Shown: positions 53,001-64,000 of the stretch, piece by piece
Layout: every line of letters begins with the position of its first letter
Position numbering within the stretch: the stretch's first letter is position 1
Assembly (NCBI GenBank): GCA_964057225.1
Contig: OZ059894.1
Location: forward strand, 10,602,001 to 10,666,000
DNA length: 64,000 nt
DNA from: Auanema rhodensis
Lineage: Eukaryota; Animalia; Nematoda
Direction: 5' to 3'
Program-made: the position numbers and the translations under genes
The notes under the pieces: model-generated
Database searches by the model: none
The model's input: the letters and a program-made list of their open reading frames with translations, nothing else
Told to the model about the DNA's origin: nothing

Positions 53001-54017
53001 TTAAGCATTCGCTGCCCAGAGGGAGAGACAGTGTAAAGACGGAAACATCAGGTAGAGAAAGAGATAGTATGAGAGATTGAGAGAGAGACAGGTTTGTGAG
53101 GAATACTGTACTTCTAGATAATCATAGACTCAACATTTTGAATATGTTAGAAATAAAGTTTGATATTTTAGAAAATCAAAAAAAATAAGAAAGATGGAGA
53201 AAATTTAGAAAACAATCTAAAAACTCTTTTGAACTTTGGGTTAAATTTATAGTAAACTGTAACGAAGTTTACTGTATTTCAATGAATTAAGTTGAATATT
53301 TAAAAAGTTGGAATTGAGTTGTAAGGAAAATTAAGAGTTATGATGTTCCGATTTACTAGATGAGGATATGTTTTCCAGGTTTTGAATGAAAATGTCGGGA
53401 ATAAGGGATACAGAGACAACAGTCACCTACTAGGGCACCGAATAGACAAATTGTGTGAAATTGAGAGTATAATTAAGAGGCAAGCCAGTCATGTTCACAC
53501 TCAATTATAGTAAAATAAGGTAGTTGAAGACAAATAATAATTGAAAAGAGGTATAAGAATTCGAAGTGAAAAAGAGAAAATAGTATTCCAGATACGGTTA
53601 TAATAATGTGGAAAATCTGGATGAAAATGCAGATTTGTCCAAGATTCAATGAGATGCTGAACTACTGACTTCTCACTACCGTAATCAAACATTTTTTGAG
53701 AATTTCAAAATGTTTTGTTGGTTTTTTCAAATCGCACGCATGAGAATCAAATAAAAGAATTTTGACTTACTACTTGCTAAGCGAGAATCATAGTGAGGCC
53801 AGGCAGCAGTAGTAGGAGCTCCGATATAACTAAAAGTTTTTAAAATGAAAATAAAGAAATAATTTAAGATTTAGTACCTGAATTCGCTATTATTTGGATA
53901 ATGGAAAGCATTTCCAACAAAGTTATACATAGCATGAGGAAAGTTTCTTACACGACAACGACAACTTGGATCAACGCATGTACCATCAATACAGGCAGAA
54001 GATTGAGTAACAGACAT
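50098..54017 (-). CDS. ceh-27: NK2-class homeobox transcription factor (ceh-27/Nkx2.1-like), 7 coding exons
   Basis: Homeodomain RKRRNLFTQQQ|VIELEKAFKVNKYLTSQSREELARAIGLTSTQ|VKIWFQNQRYKHKR with NK2 Tyr54 and the NQRY variant. Upstream exons MSVTQSSACIDG... (54017-53878) and YIGAPTTAAWPHYDSRLAS (53829-53771) splice in frame; last exon IYPSNG...TKF*. NK2 class is firm, the symbol less so. Confidence 0.8.
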
Positions 54018-54730
54018 TATTTCTATAAGAAAATATTTAATATAAATAGAATAATAATATTTAAATATAAAGAAAAAAGGAAAACATTTAGAATAAAAGA
54101 ATAAAATACATCTCGTTTACTCACCCGAATCCTAGAGCTGATAAGAGACTTCAGTCACGCCGTTAACTTAAAACGTCATCAGAACATTCAGAGCACGTTC
54201 ATTTCTGAATCGTGAGAGAACTGATGACACAACGCACTCTGATACAACTGCAAGGTTTGAGCCAACATTGTGCTTGTTAACCACCTTTTCGGTGGTGACA
54301 ACTACACAACGACGGCGGCAGAAACTTATACAGAAGCAGAGGCTGGAACGACGACGTGACTAGAGGGCACTCGCTCATGGACTCGCATGGAAAAAGAGAG
54401 TAACTCTTCAAATGGCTCTCTTGCCAGTCAAAAGACAAACGGAGAGACTCTTAAGAGCCCATACTCAGTTGACTCTTGATGATGATGAGGATGAGTCTAG
54501 TAGGTACTCCTTCACCACCCTACAAGACATCTATCCCTCCCTTCCCTTGGGTGGCTGCTGGATGGACAAGCGCCGCCCCCAGACTCGCCAAGCCAAGCCA
54601 CCTAAGCTCCACCCCACAGCTCCACCCCCATCGCCAAATGAACAGTAAGAAATTAAATTTTAACAATTATATTTTAAAAATTCAAATTAAATTTGACAAT
54701 AAGATTGAAAAAAAAGTTAAAAATAAAAAT

Positions 54731-54765
54731 CTTCAGAATAATCTCAGAATAATCTTCAGAATAAC
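54731..54765. repeat. Short tandem repeat, about 3 copies of TCAGAATAAT(C)T
   Basis: cttcagaataatctcagaataatcttcagaataac. Confidence 0.75.
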
Positions 54766-56966
54766 TGGTATATATCCTTAGGTTACTGTTACATCCGTGA
54801 AGTTCACTTGTACCTTCTGGTTATACAACTACTATACTTCTGTATAAAACTTGATCTTTTCATCAAATATTAATATATTTTCATTTAATAATTTAAAAAA
54901 AATTATATTGTAATCATTATAAAATATTTTACAAATATTATTTTTAATTTGAAAAAATTTTAAGAAATAAAATTTTTTTTGTGAAATAGAAAAAAAATAA
55001 TTTCTGTTACATTTTTTTGAATTAATCGTTTAAATACTTGAAAAATATGTATTTTCTGTAAATAGTAATGTGATAACAGACTTAATGGTACTTGAATAGT
55101 ACACTTGATCAAATGAAACACGAAGTACCCTCTCGTAATAGACAGATATATCCCTAAGTCTATATAATTAAGAATATTAATAAAAAAAATTTTAAATCTT
55201 TAATATCTTATTTTATCAAAAAACAATTGAAAAATCTGTATAATCAAACAGTATTTGAGATTTTTTCTGTTAAGTTGGTTAAATTTCTTATAAATTTTTG
55301 TAATGAAATAATGCTCCAAGAGGATTTCATTCTTCAAAATAAAATTTTTCACATTTTTGTTAGAAAATTGGATTAAGTTGAACAAATGGGATTAGATACA
55401 GATGTTATTCACAGCTATTCATACTAGTTTATCACTTAATGATCTCATACCCTCCCATTTACCACCCGCAGATACCTCATACCTGTCGGCAACCCCATAT
55501 GGACCAGATACTACATAATGCCAAAAACTTCTATTGATTGTAAAATATTTTCAACTAGTGAGTAGAATTCTGATTAGACCACTCTATAGTTTGTTTGCTA
55601 TATAAGGTCAGGGACAGAGGCATTTAAATTTTTTTTTTGCAATTGTTGTAGATGTTTTTAGATGTTTCAGTAAAATATGATTGAAGCATATTTTAGTGAA
55701 ATATAAATAAATTTGAAAAAAAAGTAAAAACCTTGAGATTCGTAGTATTGATTATCAAAAAATTATTTTTAAACTGGAAAACGATTATGAGAACTATTGA
55801 GAAGTTGAAGAATGACTTGAGGTTATGTGCAAGTTCATAACCTGCTCTGTCAGTGCTTGCGGATATGTGATACCTGAAGCTATTAACACCCTAGGATATG
55901 TCTGTAGCACTGAAATCTGCCTTAATCGTATAACTATGCTATATATATATTTCTATTTTAATAATAATTATCTACATTTACTTCATATCATTTATAAAAT
56001 TATTTTTATAATTTGGATATGATGTTGTTATCTTCAACTATTTATTTTTTATATAATCTTCTTCATAAAATTAATTAAAATAAGAAGTGCAAAGCTAATA
56101 ATTATGTAAGTAATCAACATCTCAGATTCTAAATGGCTATTTGAGCAGATGCTTCATGTTCGGAAAGCGATTGAACTTAATACAAGCTCAATATGAAATG
56201 GTTCAAGAGGAACGGAACTAAAAATGTCATAAATGCTCAGGCAATCTGCTGATCATAGTCAAGAATACTCATCTAAGAGTAAAATCATAATTAAGTGTTT
56301 GACAAATGATTTTGGTGTGTGAAGAGTACTTCAGATGACAGCCGATGCCAAATTGCTTTCAATGAGTTATGTTCTTACGAATGAGACTTCACACTTTTGG
56401 CTTATGTTCCATACCATCATACTAGAAGTATCTACCTCGTGTTACTTTCCTTGTCGTCTTTTTTTCATCTATTATTCAATGTGATGGAAGGGCAAAGCTT
56501 CCGTTTCTGATGAATAGAACTATATCTGTCGGCATGCCTTTCACTCTTCATATTGACCGGAAAATGCCGTTGGGTAAGAATTTCCTGTTCACCTATTCAT
56601 CTCGACTGCCCCCCTAGCATTTCCGTCTATTGTCCATGTTCTGAAGGCTCGAACATCGATACTGAGATAGTGAGCTGCCGGTATCTTTATTCTTTTATTT
56701 TTCAATCTTGGCAGTTGACGTGTTCTTTCATTTACTCTTCCTAACAGCTAAATAGCATCTTACCGACAGGAAACACCAACTTGTTCAATTTCTTCCATCT
56801 TTCTCCGTTATAATTTTTCTTGAATGATTTCATAATCTATTAATAGATACCTTAAACTCTTTTCTTTGTTCCAGGAAGAAGATTTCAAGAATTAATGAAA
56901 TGGGGACACTTTTGAAATCGATCTATGATATCAAACCTATTCACTTCACCAAAATCCTTGGTGTGT

Positions 56967-57788
56967 ATGATGCGCGTGCTGATTATCTTCTTAGCTATAG
57001 GTTAGAATTCTTTTTCTTTTTGAATCGACGATCATACTTTTCTTTAATTTTGAAATATTTTTAGTAATTCTTGTATATTGTGATGTTATGTCTATGGTTG
57101 ATACAAAATGGTTGGATGATTATGTGGCTCAAAGATATGAAAGAAATAATAATGCTGTAAATCAAGGTTATAAATTACCAAAGTTTTATAAATATAATAT
57201 AAAAAATCTCCAAGTTTCATAATAATTATGAAAATTAATATTTTAATTTAAAAAAAATTTTTTTTTTTAATTTTTTTATAATATAATTTTTTACAATAAA
57301 ATATGTATTTTCCATATTTTATGGTAACAAATGAAACTTATTTCAATTTAAATGTTAATGTTTTGATATAATTTAATTTTCAGATGGTGAAGTAGATGTG
57401 ACAAAAGATAATAACTATGGATATAGTGATCAAGGAATGAAAGATTTGGATGAGGTAATGAACTAGTTGGCTTATCCAAATGATGTTATTCTTGTGATAA
57501 CATGTTTAGGTTGGATCTCTTGTTGGTGGTGGAGATTCTGATTTGTTAGGAATCCTACGACCTTATTACTCAGTAGTGGATATGTCTGCTAACGGAAACA
57601 AACAAGTACATTTCAAAAGTATAATCTTATCTACTTGAATGAATTTTTAGGGAATGGGTTCATACTTGCATGTTTTACCTGATTCATCAGAGAGTGATGA
57701 GCCTGTGTATACTTTAGGTGCTTCTTTCTTCGGAGGAATTGAACCAGCAGGAGCAAAAATGGGCTATCTCACACGTCCATTCGGATAA
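56967..57788 (+). CDS. Secreted orphan protein, 5 exons (in-frame upstream ATG at 56925)
   Basis: MMRVLIIFLAIVILVYC signal peptide; spliced ORF ...SFFGGIEPAGAKMGYLTRPFG*. Confidence 0.72.
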
Positions 57789-57898
57789 ACCATTTTATTT
57801 ATTGTTTCTTTAAAACACAATAATAATTAATATAAAAATAATAATAATAATAAAGTATTAACTCATGTTGTTTGTTCCAATTGTTATTTTCAAATATT

Positions 57899-57913
57899 CC
57901 CCCCCCCCCCCCC
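57899..57913. repeat. C15 homopolymer (G15 on minus strand)
   Basis: 15 consecutive C in AT-rich DNA. Confidence 0.95.
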
Positions 57914-59098
57914 GAGAGATTTCCAAAACTAATCGATATGGATGATTAAAGTTGGTATACTATCGAATTTACTCAGATCTTATAAATGTGTTGTATTAAG
58001 AAAAAATTATATTTTCTTATAATACATTTCTTAAACGAATGAAATAAAAATATAATAGTTAGATTATATTTATATATAAATAAGAATTGAGTTTGAGAGG
58101 TAAAAAATATTTCTCTAGACATTTAATAAGAAACTATTGAGTTTTTTTGGAGAATATTTGAATAAATAGAAAAACTAAAAACTATTATTTTGACTCTATT
58201 GCCTCATTATCGGGTTAGTATATATCACTCGGTGAAATTGAAATTCTTCTAATATATAGTTTCATATTGTTTTTAAGGCGGAAACTTAAAAACATTTTTG
58301 TAAGAACAAAGTTTGTCAAACTTATGCCTATTGTGGCTATTTTATTTTCACCACAAAACAAGTATTTCCAAATTAATTCTGCTAAACAAAAGCCTCATGG
58401 ATTCTTTTAATGCAAAGACAAGTGTAGGTGAACTTTCTTATTTCATGATTTTGGCACACTATACTGACTTTCGTTATAATTATTTTTCATTCGTCAGTGG
58501 TCATTTTAAAAATATAATATGATTAAAAGAAAAAGTTACTGTAATTGAACCGATTTGTTTGACTTTCACAAAATTTTAATTGAGCCTCTCATCTCCTTAA
58601 CTCTGACTGTGATATGTTACAGTAAACAAGCTTCATTTGGTAGATCATGCAAACAGTTAAGCCCATTACATAACTTGGAAGAGAAGTAGTTGTTAGCAGT
58701 TATCATGTTGACTAATTTGTTTGTTGATATCCACTTAAAACCTATCTAATTATATAATAATTTTATTACTGTAAATTACATTTATTCTGAAGAAAAACTC
58801 AAGTTATTTAGCAGTTTTCTTATGAATACGAATTAACCGTTAGCACATCGAAGTGGATTGGCTGTCATTTCGTTGTATTCTCTGGTAGCATGATTTGCAT
58901 TAAGCCCATTCCCTATAAACAATTTGGAACACGGCCAACAGTTTGAATAATCGATATGCTCGTAACTATTGTAAATCCCAAAATTTCATATCTAATTTTA
59001 ATTTTTCAACATTTTACGCATTATTACGACTAAGTTCTTTTACTCCGAATTGATTAATTGTTGTCAAGTAATTTATAATTCTGTTTTGCCTCAAACAA

Positions 59099-59150
59099 AA
59101 GTGCGCTCTAATAACAACGCGACGCAATCCTGCATGGACGCGTTGCGGAC
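59099..59150. promoter_or_regulatory. CpG-rich promoter patch upstream of the C2H2 gene
   Basis: AAGTGCGCTCTA and CGCGACGCA, with inverted CAACGCG...CGCGTTG, about 220-270 bp upstream of the ATG; resembles common nematode housekeeping promoter motifs. Confidence 0.45.
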
Positions 59151-59366
59151 GACTTTTTGTCATTAGAGTTTTGGCAGAAAAGGGTTTCGACTATTGCTGT
59201 ATATGGAATTTCAGTATAAATCATGATGGAAATTATTGTTGCTGTATGAGTTAAATAGTTTAAGCTTGAATACTGTAACTTATTGATATTAACACAAAAT
59301 AATTAAGGTTTGTTATTTGTTGTCTTTCTGTTTATCATCATTTGTATACAATTCAGTTCAGTACTC

Positions 59367-60736
59367 ATGACTACCTTTTATTGCTATGACTGTTCCACAG
59401 ATTCAGCAGCGTATACATCTTCTGCAGATTTAGAAATTCATATTGCCAATGATCATTTAAACATTTGTCTTTACGAGTAAGTTTTTTTTTCTGTAATTAT
59501 TAGTTACTGTTTATTACATCAAAATAATTTAGATGTGAAAAATGTAAGTTTGCTAAGTTTCCCACTGAGCATTCTTTAATAATGCATTACAAACATGTTC
59601 ATGAAATGGAAGATTTTTATGTAAGATTCTTTAAATTTTACGTTTGTGTATGTTTCTCGTGCAGGTTCGATATCGCCACACTCCAGAAGGAAAAATTCGA
59701 TTAGATCAATTACGCGAAAGACTTACTTTAAGTATTCGTCTGAGTGAAACGAAATCTCCTGCAGATTTGCCTTTGTTTTCTGCTAAGGTTTTCATTAATT
59801 TAAGTATGTTAAGTAATTCTTGTTTTGTTCAGATGGATGATGTTCTTCTAGGCAATTTTTCTCAAAATAGTGTACCATCGCTTTCTTCTCCAGAATGCCC
59901 TGAGAGAAGATCTAGTTTACAAGGTTTTTATTGAAATAATATTTTATTTTCATAATTTTTTTACAGATAGCGTAGATGATCCGACAACTGAATTACTTTC
60001 CAGCATAGATCGAGTAATAGGAGAAGCTGAAAATTTAGTGAAGAAGGTAATATTCGCTGAAGAACATCAGGAATAATCGATATTTAGAAGAAAGGCCTCG
60101 TAAGTTGCCAACTTTGTGGACTACAAGTTTCAAACCAACGGTCTAGTCTCATTTATCATGCCAATACAAGGTATTCCAAAAGTTTTTATTTTTACTCTTG
60201 GTTTTTTAAGACACATTAAACTTACTCTTTACCAATGCTCAGTTTGTAATAAGGTGTGGCATACGATTGCTAAATCTGATGTTGTGAAGCATGTAAAGGT
60301 TCTATTATACTTGAAAATATTTTTTTAATTAATGAAACATAGGCTTTACATAATGGGGATGAATCTATGGTAATTGATAATCGAAAAACCCTAGCTCAGG
60401 AATTGCGATCCTTTACATTAAAATGTTTTCCTCCGGATCCGTCATCCAAAAAGCGTCCCATGAGTCAAGGTATATATTCGCTTTATAACTGTTCTCGAAT
60501 TCTTCAGGTTTTGCAGGAGTGTCGCCTGATAGGGGATCATCGCAGTCTAGTTCTTTTGATTCCCTGGCACCCCAAACCTCTCAACCTTGTCCTGAACCTC
60601 AATTTGTTATTCCAAAGATGGAAGCCATAGATTATGATTATGCTGTTGAAAATCCCTTCTGTGAAATGGTCAGTACATATATAATTTTTCTCTAACTTTA
60701 TTTTATTATTTTCAGGCTCGTAAGTTGTGCTCTTGA
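59367..60736 (+). CDS. C2H2 zinc-finger protein (two pairs of fingers)
   Basis: CYDC...HIANDH, CEKC...HYKHVH, CQLC...HANTRH and CSVC...HVKALH...KCFP; continuous spliced ORF ending ARKLCS*. Confidence 0.85.
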
Positions 60737-61138
60737 AAATGTGCTTATAATGGAATTTAAGCTTTAATTTTAAAAAACTGCTTTATACCTGGCTTTTACA
60801 CGCAATGATCTTATATTGATTAATTCTATCATATCCATTAGCGACATTTGTTGCATAGTATTGTTAATCAGGTAAAGGTGCTATGAAAGTGAAGCATAAT
60901 ATATGCCTTGATTATGTCATTTTATTTTTGCAATATATAGTGCTAGTCACTGTATTGTTATCGATTTTCATTTGTAGCACCTTTGGGTACCTCTGTGATA
61001 TGCATTCACCTTTCATACTGTCCATATTAATAACTGAAAATAATAATATTTTTATACAGTTTTTTTTGTTTATTTATGTTTATTCATTTCGGATATCTTA
61101 TTTTTCTCTCATATTTTTTGTTCTAACTCAGCTTTTAG

Positions 61139-61606
61139 ATGGCGGAAGAAAATCAAAATATGGATGTTGAAGAGGTTGGTGATGCCACCAACAAGGAAAA
61201 GAAAAGATTTGAAGTACTAATTTAATTATACATAATCCTATTTCGTGTTTTTCAAGGTTAAAAAATGGTCAGCTGTAGCCTTATGGGCCTGGGACATTCA
61301 GGTTGATAATTGCGCTATCTGTAGAAATCATATTATGGATCTCTGTATTGAATGTCAAGCTAATCAAGTAACAACATATTTTTTTAAAATTGTGTAATAT
61401 TTTACATTTCAGGCTTCTGGTGCTAAAGACGATTGTACCGTAGCTTGGGGACAATGTAATCATGCTTTTCACTTTCATTGCATTTCTCGATGGCTTAAAA
61501 CTCGTCAGGTTTGTCATTATATTACTAGTAAGATGTCTTGATTCTTCTTTTATAGGTATGTCCATTGGATAATAGAGAGTGGGAGTTCCAGAAATACGGG
61601 CGATGA
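61139..61606 (+). CDS. rbx-1: RING-box protein 1 (cullin-RING ligase subunit), 4 exons
   Basis: [40 protein letters not shown]...[37 protein letters not shown]. Confidence 0.98.
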
Positions 61607-62460
61607 TCTTATTCTCAATCACCTATGCAAATGAAACGTCACGAATATTACTTTCTGTATCCAAATGTTTTATTTAATTTCTTTTAAAAATTGTTTTACA
61701 TCCGGTCACTGAATTACGGTTTCCGATTCTCCTATCGATTACAGTATATGGAGTATCACTAATGATAAAGATGCTTCTTGGTTCATTATGTGTTGTTTTC
61801 ATCGTGAATAAGAGAAAAAAAACTTTTTTTTCTTTTTAAAATATGAAGAGATGTACTTCAAAATCTTTTATTAGATGTTTTCATGATTGAGCTTTCACAA
61901 GTGGAATCGTTTTGTTCTCGTCAAAGGTAACGCAAGGCTAAGATGTTCATCGTGTTTGTTCAAGTACATTCAGCCCCGATCTAATATCTGCTGGGCAGTT
62001 GTTGTTAACTTCAAGTTTTCTTATGGTACCTGAGCTTTACTTACAGCTTAAATTTTTTATGAGTTTGACGAACTTTATCCAGCGATTAAAATTTTTCTAG
62101 CTTCTTTTGAGGCAGGCTAATACTTTAGTAGTTTTGTAAAAATTTTATTTCTACCATCTCTCTGTATATCACTGCTATCATCTCCTGCTTCTGTTTATTC
62201 AAAATAATTGAATTGAGTAATAAGTATGAGATTGTGGGAGTCTCGTCGTCCTTTGCCATATTTGGCTAGAGGATTTACTAGATCATCTCGAAGGAACACT
62301 ACCGGCAGTCGTCTTTCTTTATATTAACCGAAGACGACTTTTGTTTCATTAGTTACACTCTTCTCTATCTCCAATTTTCTATTTCTTTTCATAAGAGGTT
62401 TTTGATAATTTTCTAAGATTTTTAAGTTACCTATCTTCAATGGTGTGTACTTAGAATAAG

Positions 62461-63133
62461 ATGTTTTTGCTCCTTTTACAATTAACTGCAACATTACAAG
62501 CAGTTTCATTATCTGTAAGTAACATTAATAATTTTTGTATTGTTCAATATTTATTATTTTTCAAGGATGAAGACGTTAATTCCAACTATATTGGATCTTT
62601 ATTTGATGTTAAAATACGTTTACCACCTAAAAATGCATCTGAACGACGACTTCATAAAGTTGTAGACCAAAGTTACGGTATGTTTTAGTTTTATTTCAAT
62701 ATTAATGATATTGTATTAAAATGTTATTATTTCTATTTAATCGAGAAAATACAACCGCTCATTGTTTATAAATTTCGTAAAATAATATTTTTTATTATTA
62801 TTTTAATCAATAAAGCATCATGTATGCTAATTAATTAAAACAATATTTTGTTTCATTTTTGAAATGAAACCAGAAAATAGAAAAACTGATTTTTCTAAAG
62901 TGGTGCTCATCTATCGGAATTAAACAAATTTCTTGAATTCGAAACTAACTAATTTGTGATTGTGAACAAAGAAAGCATCCTGATAATGCACGTTCTTCTT
63001 AACCTTTGTGTACTCATTTCTGAACTCTCATCAGTCGTTTTGACCATTTTTAAACATCCCCAAGTTGTTATCACTTATCTCAGCTCTTCATACATATATC
63101 ACTCGTAATCATTCTTCCTCTAGCTCTCACTTA

Positions 63134-63195
<62 letters not shown>

Positions 63196-63673
63196 ACTCA
63201 CCCACCACATTGTTCTTTTTCTTTATTATTCTTTCTTGTTTTCTTTTTATCTCTCTATTTCTTAATTTTAGTCATTGGGAAGGGGGGGAGGAGGTTCTCA
63301 ACAACAATTGTCTTAATTAAAAATAAGCTGGACCACCCAGTTCTTTGCATAAGGTTTCTTCTACTTTTCTTTTCTTCTTTTTTTTCATTTCTGTTTAATT
63401 CTTCTGTTTAATACTGTCTCCAAATTCCGTCTTCTGCATTTAGACATGTGGACAGGCCACGTCTTTGAACGGATTCCGCAGATGAAGAAGGCTTCGGCTG
63501 TTATCAAGTGGACTGATGTGGTCACGACCATCTCCGAGAACCTCATGCCCACACAGCTCATTTCTCACACTTCCATTTATCTTTGGAATATCTCTGTTAA
63601 AACTCATTCCCAATTTGAAATATATGTTATTATATTTCTACTAAATAACTTTATATATTATATTACTTACTGA
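62461..63673 (+). CDS. Putative secreted or membrane protein, unknown (3' part uncertain)
   Basis: MFLLLLQLTATLQAVSLS|DEDVNSNYIGSLFDVKIRLPP...QSY, then a phase-1 intron that joins in frame to DMWTGHVFERIPQ... at about 63444. Confidence 0.4.
63140..63191. repeat. (TC)n microsatellite
   Basis: About 26 units seen directly. Confidence 0.95.
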
Positions 63674-64000
63674 TATCTTTATATATTCTTATATTCAATT
63701 TTCTTAATTTATATTTTGTTAAACAAATTTTTTTATTTTAAAACATGAATGTCTTTACTTTTTTTCTATCAATTTCCTTTTTTAGAAAAAAGTTGAAACA
63801 CATTACAGCAAATTCAAACAACGATCATTTTCTATTTGATAGCCAACGAAAAAGCGAATTATTTATGTTTTGAATTATCGAATCACAATGAAATTCTATT
63901 TTTTCCTTTCTTCTTGAAAATAATCGTCTTCTTGACTTGAATTTAATCTTATGCTTATCGTGAATAAGAGTGTGTTGATCCTCTCGTTAAGTGAAATCTC

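Noticed and set aside
58638-58929. Two copies of TGGTAG...TTAAGCCCATT...TTGGAA
   Set aside because: Only an 11-bp exact core with variable spacing; too weak to support a function, and not a telomeric TTAGGC array.
61281-61622. 113-aa minus-strand ORF
   Set aside because: Antisense shadow of rbx-1.

Overview
Eukaryotic, very AT-rich and intron-dense DNA with short introns and TTTCAG/TTTTAG acceptors, consistent with a rhabditid (clade V) nematode; the species cannot be named from this sequence. Most ORF-track entries are spurious because the real genes are spliced. Manual splicing gives, in order: BBIP1 with an X-box, a multi-TM orphan, an ODR-2/quiver-like three-finger gene, tRNA-Gln(UUG), NOP56 hosting four predicted intronic H/ACA snoRNAs, a class-2 lipase, a small TM gene, a probable Tc1/mariner relic, two tandem Ly-6/uPAR GPI genes, a 10-kb CCDC141/zormin-like spectrin-Ig gene, a ground-like gene, TM-less synaptotagmin snt-3, about 12.7 kb of non-coding DNA, an NK2 homeobox gene (ceh-27-like), a secreted orphan, a four-finger C2H2 gene, rbx-1 and a possible final secreted gene. 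The most notable structure is the NOP56 locus. One snoRNA is present as two near-identical copies in different introns, one copy lies in a GC-AG intron whose retention gives an immediate stop, and ACA boxes abut or overlap 3' splice sites. All homology calls are from recalled sequences, not database searches.
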